NCBI GenBank assembly: GCA_040954595.2
Contig: CM082583.2
Location: 4,889,374 to 4,953,373, forward strand
Direction of reading: 5' to 3'
Length of the DNA: 64,000 nucleotides
Source of the DNA: Balanoglossus misakiensis
Taxonomy: Eukaryota > Animalia > Hemichordata
A program made the translations under genes and the position numbers. The notes below the pieces were generated by a model, which did not search any database, was not told the origin of the DNA, and worked only from the letters and a program-made list of their open reading frames with translations. This document shows positions 56,088-64,000 of this stretch, piece after piece. The stretch's first letter is position 1; each line of letters starts with the position of its first letter.

Positions 56088-57615
56088 CCTTGCACTGTCC
56101 TCAGATGACCGCAGAGTGACCTCAAGACACAGTTACTGCAATTTTTTCCCCAAGACGACTTAGAGGCCGTGGAATGGATAGTAATCAAAACACGCGCACA
56201 GTAAACGCAATTTCTGCGCTTAGTGGGGAGGGGGGTTTGGCTGTAATTCGATGAATGTGCGCAAACATCACACGTTTTTTTATATCGCAACATCTTGCTA
56301 CACGTTTTTATGTAGCCCATATATATTCTTTGACATATACCAAGCCATTGCGTCATTGATCAACGCTACACCAGCATTCTTTTGAGATGCATGTGATTTT
56401 CATTACACGAGTATAATAACGTACCAATCGTTTTGGATACACTGTTTCAATCAATTCTATTGGTTGCGTCTGGTGAATTGGCACTCAAAGAGAGAGATTT
56501 AAAAGTGGTGATATACTGGTACATAATGAGGGTTGGTTCGATTTTCGCACTTGCAAACTTTCGTTTAATGAAGGGGAAGGGTCAGAGCCGAATGCAATTA
56601 GTTGCGTTTACTAAGCACATGTTTTAATTATGCACATCCCCTTACATGAGAAACATTTTAAGCATTTTGATGACACCCCCTCCCAGTGACCTCTACACTG
56701 AAACATATTGATTTCAGAAATATAAAGTAGCTGGTGGAAAGGATCAACATAGACACATACTGATTTCAAGGACAGGGTTTTGTTTGAGTAACAGCAGAAA
56801 TTTACAATTTAGACATGCCTTTAACATTTTCTGACCTGGAGTGACTCCATGAGATAAATTTTACATGTCTGAGTCATGGCTAGACAGTGCATTCGTAGCA
56901 TTCTCAACAAAAATAGCAACAAAAGGGACCACTATATAGATTTATTTTAGAACTCAGTACAAACAATATTAAACTAGTTTACTATTAAAAGTATGAAACG
57001 AGGCTGCATATCATCAAAATTCTAAATACAAGTTTTATGTTTGTGACCTTTGACACAGACATGTTGATATTTCTTGTTCCAGCGTCCAACCTGGAAAAGT
57101 TCAAGAAAATACTATGGATTTACAAAGGGACCTCCCAGTGAAATTCTTTTTCAACTTTCATCTGTAAACACTTTAAAATATTGAACTCTGGTGGATTTTC
57201 AAAGCCCAGATATTTGAAAATTTGCAATGCTAAACTAAGCCAGCACATTCAAGTTATCATTTACTTGAGGTGGAAAACACCTTATTTTATTTAACATTTT
57301 TGAAGCCACAAATTTTCCCCAGACAGTTTTTAACAGACATTATATTTCTATTGTGCCTATGAGAAATCAAGACATTTTATTCAATTATCCCCATTTATTT
57401 AACTTTTATCATGATGAAGACTTTTTAACTTCAAATTTGAATTGCATGCCAGAATCGTACAGTACACCAAATGCTATACAAATCTTAGTATGTAGGACAC
57501 TGTGCAATAGACACACTTTTATTCGAATTTATGTTAACTATACTCATTTGAATATGCAAATATGACCACTAGATTTCCTGAAACACATTTTCTTGATTCA
57601 TATCCTTAGTTGTAG

Positions 57616-57635
57616 CATAGACAGTACTCTCTGTG
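57616..57635. mobile_element. 20-bp CA...TG palindromic remnant with imperfect 7-bp TSD
   Basis: GTTGTAG-[CATAGACAGTACTCTCTGTG]-GTTGTAA. Confidence 0.4.
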
Positions 57636-59013
57636 GTTGTAATATCTCTTGTGACAATCTTTTCACTTGAAAATTTCACAATAGTAGAGAAATGATGGCT
57701 GTTTGTTTAGTTTGCCATGTCTTTTCGACATGTTTCAGAAAAGAGTTGCGGATAAGTGATCTTTGAGACTGAAACTGAAATTATTTGAAGATAATCACTA
57801 GTGTGAGTCCAGAATTGTGGGAGAGACAACTTCTAATTTGACCTCGCCAGGGAGACTTCTTAAAATCTTGGAGTGATTTCACAGTCTCGTGGAATCAGTC
57901 AAGTACAATGCTTCTTACAGCTTTCCTTCTTGTCTACCCCAGTCAGTTACAGTTACTCGGTCCTGTGCACATGGACTTAAACAGGGTGATAGGTATTACA
58001 AAAGCTCTTGTTTTACTAGAATGTAATATGATGATGCTTGTTTGAGCCACAGCTTGTGTGGAAGGACTGTGTTCGAATACAGACTTCTCACTTCTGTAGC
58101 AAGACCACAATCATTGAGGTGCATGTTATGTTAAAAGCATCTACAGTAAATGAATTTTTTTGTATATAAACCTTGATATATGTAAGTCTACAAAAATAGA
58201 GATGAGACTTTAAACATATCGACAGCAAGAGAGTTTTATTTTACATAATCCTTGAGTTTACACTCATTTTCGTACAAAAAGTGGTGTTTTTTTAAAGCAT
58301 GATTTTGAAAAGTTGTGTTGCAAGTCGTGAAGTGTGAGTCAGAAGCTTGAAGGCACAGTTGATCCAAGCACTTGTAACCCCTCATTCAACTTAATAATTC
58401 AACTTCGGTAGTAGGGTTCAATGAATATCACATGTAAATGTACTTACACAGGAAATAATCACAAAATTTGGAAACTAAACAACTGTTTAAGATTAACAAT
58501 TTCTGGAAACTGAACATGGTGGTATATGACGAGCTGACTGGCAGACTTTTTGCTAACCAGCTGTACCATTATTTGTTCCCTTTGGGTTTCAGCGAAAATA
58601 CATCACACCATGCAGTCAAGTGTTTGTTGATGATGCCTCAATGTAAAACTGCCAATCACAGCGGCCAATACATTCTGCCACATGATGCACACTGATCTCA
58701 AACTTGTGTTGGCAACTACCATTGGGTACAAGACGTTGACAACAGCCACTGAAACATCTCAAGCTGGCTGCTGTGAACTCTTGCCAGGCAGTCTATTCTG
58801 AAGCACATTTCATCGATTGTATGCCTTTTCATTGAGTGTCATGTAATTTTACCACAGAACTGTTGTTAATGTGTTTGACTGGACTGTGTTACGATGTAAA
58901 TGTTTAAAATTCTATTTTGTAGCATTAAAAGTTATTTATTCTGAAAACGCGTCGAGTTGTAATGTCATTGAAGGTGGCATGGCATATACAAGATGGGGGT
59001 GTTGCCGTGGTGA

Positions 59014-61864
59014 CTAAGTCACTTCTTTATTGCCAGGGTGACTTCTTAAAGCTTGGAGTGATTTCACAGTCTCTTCATTGCCTTTCCACAATGCAAAGAA
59101 CTGGCTCAGTCCATTCCTGATAGCAGCAGCAGTAGCAAAAAAAAAAAAAAAAACACAATGTGTCATACATCACTGTGAGACTGATATCTGACATTCATTA
59201 ATTGCTCAAATTTTACTGAAGTGAATCTTCACGTCAATAAAATTTTGAGTGGTATTGTTTTTGACTGTACCATTTTGTAATAGTATGCTAACTATTTTTG
59301 AGGTTGTACGTAAACAATGTTTTGGTTTGGCATCACAAACATTGCAGAAAACAATTGACACATGATTTACACATCACTGTCCTTAAAAAGTAATTACTGA
59401 TGATGGTCCTTTACAAACTAAACCAGCTTTCGTGTCGGAAGTAAAACGCTGAACTGATCATGGTGATTTTGCACAACACGACCGATAGAGGGTGCTATTT
59501 GGAAAAAGATGTAGACACATGGCCACTTTCATTATATGTCCTATCACTTGTTAGACTCTCTCACAACCCCTCTCGCCGTCAGTGAAGAGCCTTTTTTTAG
59601 TGAACCGTGGGCTGTGAGAGAGTCTAATCACTTGTCCACACCTCAAAACAACAAATTGACCGTGCTCACCTCTTGTCGGTTACCGCCTGTTCAAACTCCC
59701 TGGATTTCCTGGCAGCCACTTGCACAATACCGGCCGGAATGTCCGCCAGTCTGGCCACATTTAAACCATAACTACGAGCTGCAACACCGGGGACCAACTG
59801 GTAGAGAAATGTGATGACATCCACATCTTCAGGGTTGTCATCCTCTGGAGGACATAAACAAACAGAAATTTCATTTTAGAAGTCCAGCCTGTTTAGCACA
59901 GTCACTCCACACAGACCTTGATTTTAGCACTCAAAAAAACCCAACAACAACGGGGACTTGTGGTTGGTGAAAATGACTTCAATTGGCCAACCAATCGATC
60001 CCAGGACACATGCAAAAATCAGCCTTTTGTGTCTCAAGTCATTTTGAAATTTGGGAAAATTTCGTAAACGACGAAGGATTTACTGTGAAGTGATTCCTTG
60101 TCATGGTCATATCTAAACTGTTGTGCGATGTGTGAACAACATCTGAAAACTACATGCATACACATGTGTACTCGTCTGCTGCCCATAAAATCCCGTAGAG
60201 GCACTAGATCTCATGCTTACCATGTTCATGGACAAGAAATGACATGTGATAGTTGCCAACATTCTCGGGAAACGTCTTCTCCAACTCTGCTAACGGCGGA
60301 TAGTGGGTCACGAATAGTGTCAGGCACTTCAACTGTCAAATGAAATGGGACAGAACGGAATTGTATAAAACAGTCAATGTCATAAAGTCAAAGATGTGAG
60401 TTCTTACAAATATAAGGCCAAAAAAAATAATATGTGCTGTTCGATCCGATTACATGTTTTTCAAAAATAGGGTAGGTAGGTAGGGAAATTGTTTTACTTT
60501 GCAATATTTTTTTATATCTTTGGCCGCCATATTGTAGAAGAATGACGTCATAGTTCTTGCGTGATTGTCGCAATTTTTATAAATTTTGTATATTTGATAT
60601 TGTTTTTCTTCTGGTTTACAAAGCTCTACAATGTTTAGGGTCGGCGGGCAAAAATTAGGGTAGGTCGGGTAATCAGAACAGCACATATTTTTATATTTGG
60701 CCTAATGGACAGAAGATTTTTTTTTCTTCACTTGCCTCCTGGACTATGTAATGCAGAGTGGCATATGCTATGGCCATGCCATCATAGGTGCTTGTGCCAC
60801 GCCCCAACTCATCCAGAATCACCATGGACCGCTCTGTGGCCTGGTTCAAAATCTCTGAGGCTTCTTGCAGTTCAACCATGAAGGTACTGTCGCCATGGCA
60901 AATGTTGTCAGAGGCCCCCATTCTGAAAGACACAAGAGTATGTGTGTGAACCTGTTGTTTCCTGGATTTTTTTCGCAAGGAATTTCCATGAGTGCTTTTG
61001 AAATCCAAGGGCTTTCCAGGAACACATTAGTATAAACCTTGACAGGATTGCAAGTTTTACAAAACCATTTCTTCTCAATATAAAGCAATTTTTTTTAAAA
61101 AGTTGCCTTAAAATAAGAAAATGTCACACAAGCATAAATTACGTACTGTGCATTTGGACCTTGCAGCAAAGTCCATAAAAGAAATCTAAAACCTTAAATT
61201 CACTACCAGTCAATCTATCCATACATCCACTGTTCCTAATCCTTACACCCACCCCTGTCACCTACTAAATTCCATCTATCCCTAAAGATCAAATTCCACT
61301 AAGTCACAGCTGAGATGAATGTACCTTATACTAGTCCCAGGTCACACTAACCTGGTATAGATGGCATCAAATATTCCCAGAGTAGCTGATTCTGCTGGTA
61401 CATAGCTGCCGATCTGGGCCATCAGTACGATCAGCGACACTTGCTTGATGTAGGAGCTTTTGCCTCCCATGTTGGGTCCCGTTATAATCATGCACTGCTT
61501 GCCTTGTGACTGAATGCAAATCACATTTGTTGGTGGTTTAACTTTTACAATTACAGCAGATACTTAATTATTCTCTAGAAACTCATTCAAAGGTAAGGGT
61601 TGGATGGAAGTGCTCACAATGTAGCTTCTCTGTGATTACTGACACAAGAAAACATAGAACCTGCAATGATTGTACTATAGATCAGCTCTGGTTTGATAAT
61701 TTAGAATAAAAAAGATACGGTAGTATAGACTCCACAAGACTGAACTTACCTCCATGTGTGTACTGTTTGGCACATACTGTTTTTGTTCCCCCAGCAAGAC
61801 ATCGACAACTGGGTGTCTGCCGTCTTCTATATGCAGCAGCCCATTCTGGTCACGGACGACAGGC
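59014..61864 (-). CDS. MSH3: DNA mismatch repair protein MSH3, C-terminal ATPase exons (5' part outside the window)
   Basis: Exons 61750-61864 ([22 protein letters not shown]), 61352-61509 (Walker [18 protein letters not shown]...IGSYVPAE), 60736-60922 (MGASDNI..STFMVEL..Walker [19 protein letters not shown]), 60221-60332 (LFVTHYP...VGNYHMSFL), 59670-59844 ([23 protein letters not shown]), 59014-59116 (stop). FVTHYP, GNYHM and RSYGLNVA point to the MSH3 subfamily. Confidence 0.93.
59551..59627. mobile_element. 77-bp small inverted-repeat element
   Basis: TTAGACTCTCTCACAACCC ... GGGCTGTGAGAGAGTCTAA arms. Confidence 0.6.
60416..60702. mobile_element. PIF/Harbinger-like MITE in an MSH3 intron
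   Basis: TAA TSD; TIR GGCCAAAAAAAATAATATGTGCTGTTC / GAACAGCACATATTTTTATATTTGGCC. Confidence 0.8.
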
Positions 61865-62765
61865 CTGAGAATGAAAAGAGGTGAATTCCAGTTGAATGTT
61901 AAACCCTGATTGAAAAATGTAATGAATTTCTCATACAGGAAAGTGTAGCAATTTCAGAAGTGTAGCAATTTCTGATTTAGTTTTAAAAAATATGCCTTGA
62001 CTCAAAGCCTACATTGTACAGACCCTGACACACACACACACACACACAATGACTATACACACCATCAATAATCTGATCGCATCAGTATTTTCTATTCTTG
62101 TTTATAAATACAGTCGTGTTTGCATCAGATGACATTATAAAAACAATTTAACAATGCAAAATTACTGATGACATGCATGTCGGGTATGACAGCTATGACA
62201 TCACACGCGATGCAATTTTGTATGTCACACATCCCCTTTTTGTATCAGAAATGACTATAAAAGATGTTTTTATTGATATTCTGACAGTGCATAGCGATTA
62301 CATTGATTATGTGTCACAGCCTCGTCATTGCTGTGATTGTATGTGCATGCATGGCATCAGCTGTTCCTTGAATATCGGCCATCCCAACTCAGCTCATTGT
62401 TTCTCTCGTTTTCTGAAAACATAAATGCACACAGAGGTGCAACCCTGAAACATGTGTAATGGGGCAGAGAAGGTGAACATGTTTTTTGTGGAGACAAATT
62501 ACAAATCCTGAATTAAAGAGACATGTTGGCCGTGACTTTGAAAGCCACGAGGGTGGCACGAAACATGGAAATACAGACACTTAAACGATAAATCTCCCTG
62601 TGTTGGCCACAGATGTTGATGGTGTAACTGTAAGCCCCACAACTACTAAGCCACGATGCAGGATGGCCGGAACATTTTGGCTGTCAGCAAATTTGTCTCC
62701 ATGGCAGGGATTTTGACGGAGATGCGTTTGTAAAACTGGTTCCTGTCCAGGGAAAGGGAAACATC

Positions 62766-64000
62766 ATGTCTGGGTCAGGTGATGGCAAACCGATGATCAG
62801 GATGACAGGCAGGGAGTACACAAAGTCACATCACACAGCTGGTAAGACCTATGCCCCGTGGTATACACACATACTATACATGTACACACACACACACACA
62901 CACATGAATCTCTATCTCTCACACACACACACACACACAGTCACTCACTCACTCACTCACACACATTGTCAAACACAGTCAAAGTCACTGCCAACAGCTC
63001 TTGATGATAATTGAGTATGCTAATATCAGTACGTAAAATCACTATTATCACAAACATCTCCAATGCCATACATGTACAAGGTACACAATCGTTATAGCTG
63101 CACCTATGCATTAAAAATGTTGGCCTATTCCAACATCATACCTGGTAGGTTTGTATTGCAGTGAAAAATACAATTTTTGAATTCTACATACTGCATACAA
63201 GTGGTTCACAACTTATCGTACCAGCCTTGCTCAAATGTCTATCAAGCGACATTATTCTTGTGGAGAGTGATGAAATAGCCCCTTTCTCTCGACTGACAGG
63301 TTCATTTGTACGGCTGAGCACACTGAAGAAAATCCTTCGGAAGTCACGCAAGAGATACATATTGGCGATGCTGTCCTTGCTCGTGATTGTAGGTTTGTGT
63401 CCAAAGCTGGCAAGAAAGGGATTCCTCACCGCCAGAACTGAGAGTAAAGTCGAGTTCAAGAAGGATGTGTCTGGCGGAAAAACAGACACGGCGAAAACCA
63501 CCACGAACCCAGACGACGGAACCCTGGAGTACAGAGTCTCCTCGATACTTAACAGAATTCAGGAAGAAAGAGGTTTCATGCGCCGCGCACTGAGAGACGT
63601 ACCGGTGAATATCAGGTACAACCACACATTGAAAGCGGCCGTCAGGAACTGGGGGAACGCGACGCGACTCGAACAAGCTCTGGTGGACGCCGTACGCAGC
63701 AAGAGAACGCTGAAGGTCGGCGTGGTGGGCGGCTCGATATCCGCGGGTGGCGGAATTTCGTGCAAGGAGTGCGTGTTTTCGTACATCCTTTGGAAGTCTC
63801 TGGAGAGAGTTCTTGGGAGCCCCGTGGAGATGCACAACGCGGCCGTGGGGGCCACAGACAGTCGATACTACACCTACTGCCTGGAGGCGCACTTGGACGC
63901 CCGGGAGATGGACCTGGTGCTCTGGGAGTTGGCCGCCGACGATTACAACAAGGGGGTCCCTCCGTCCGCGCAGGAGGAACTCACCAGGGCCATCCTGCAG
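62766..64000 (+). CDS. SGNH/GDSL-fold, CAP64-like type II membrane protein (partial), nested antisense in an MSH3 intron
   Basis: Probable exon 62766-62841 (ATG...GCTG|GTAAGA, phase 1) joins acceptor gactgacag|63300; the frame stays open to the window end: KKILRKSRKRY-ILAMLSLLVIVGLC (basic + hydrophobic anchor), stem, then LKVGVVGGSISAGGG (block I), MHNAAVGATDSRYYTYC (block II), DLVLWELAADDY (block III). GC-rich codon usage. Missing from the ORF track because no stop falls in the window. Confidence 0.8.
62884..62965. repeat. (CA)n/(CACT)n microsatellites (also (CA)n at about 62027-62048 and 48126-48148)
   Basis: Read directly. Confidence 0.9.

Noticed and set aside
58924-58940. Opposed poly(A) signals suggesting adjoining or overlapping SNX24/MSH3 3' ends
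   Set aside because: SNX24 has earlier ATTAAA options near 56970-56990; cannot be decided without transcript data.
63184-63892. Minus-strand ORFs 63184-63504, 63344-63892 and 63559-63855 as MSH3 exons
   Set aside because: No MutS similarity; antisense shadows of the plus-strand SGNH exon.

Overview
AT-rich, intron-rich eukaryotic (invertebrate animal, probably a deuterostome; inference) genomic DNA. Most ORF-track entries are intronic noise. Five protein-coding genes were rebuilt by hand from splice sites and frame continuity. (1) A large unidentified coiled-coil gene on the minus strand (ATG 34190, 21-22 exons, runs off the left edge). (2) Head-to-head with it, DAZAP1/Hrb27C on the plus strand (37219-50576), whose low-complexity tail is built from symmetric phase-1 exons, including several candidate microexons. 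(3) A complete SNX24/SNX22-type PX-domain gene (54035-56087, +). (4) The last six exons of MSH3 (59014-61864, -), including a GC-AG intron. (5) An SGNH-fold, CAP64-like type II membrane protein gene nested antisense in an MSH3 intron (62766 to beyond 64000, +), which the ORF track missed. Introns carry many non-autonomous DNA transposons (Kolobok/T2-, piggyBac-, PIF/Harbinger- and Tc1/mariner-like MITEs), two tiny palindromes that look like P-superfamily excision footprints, and microsatellites. No searches were run; family names come from recalled motifs.
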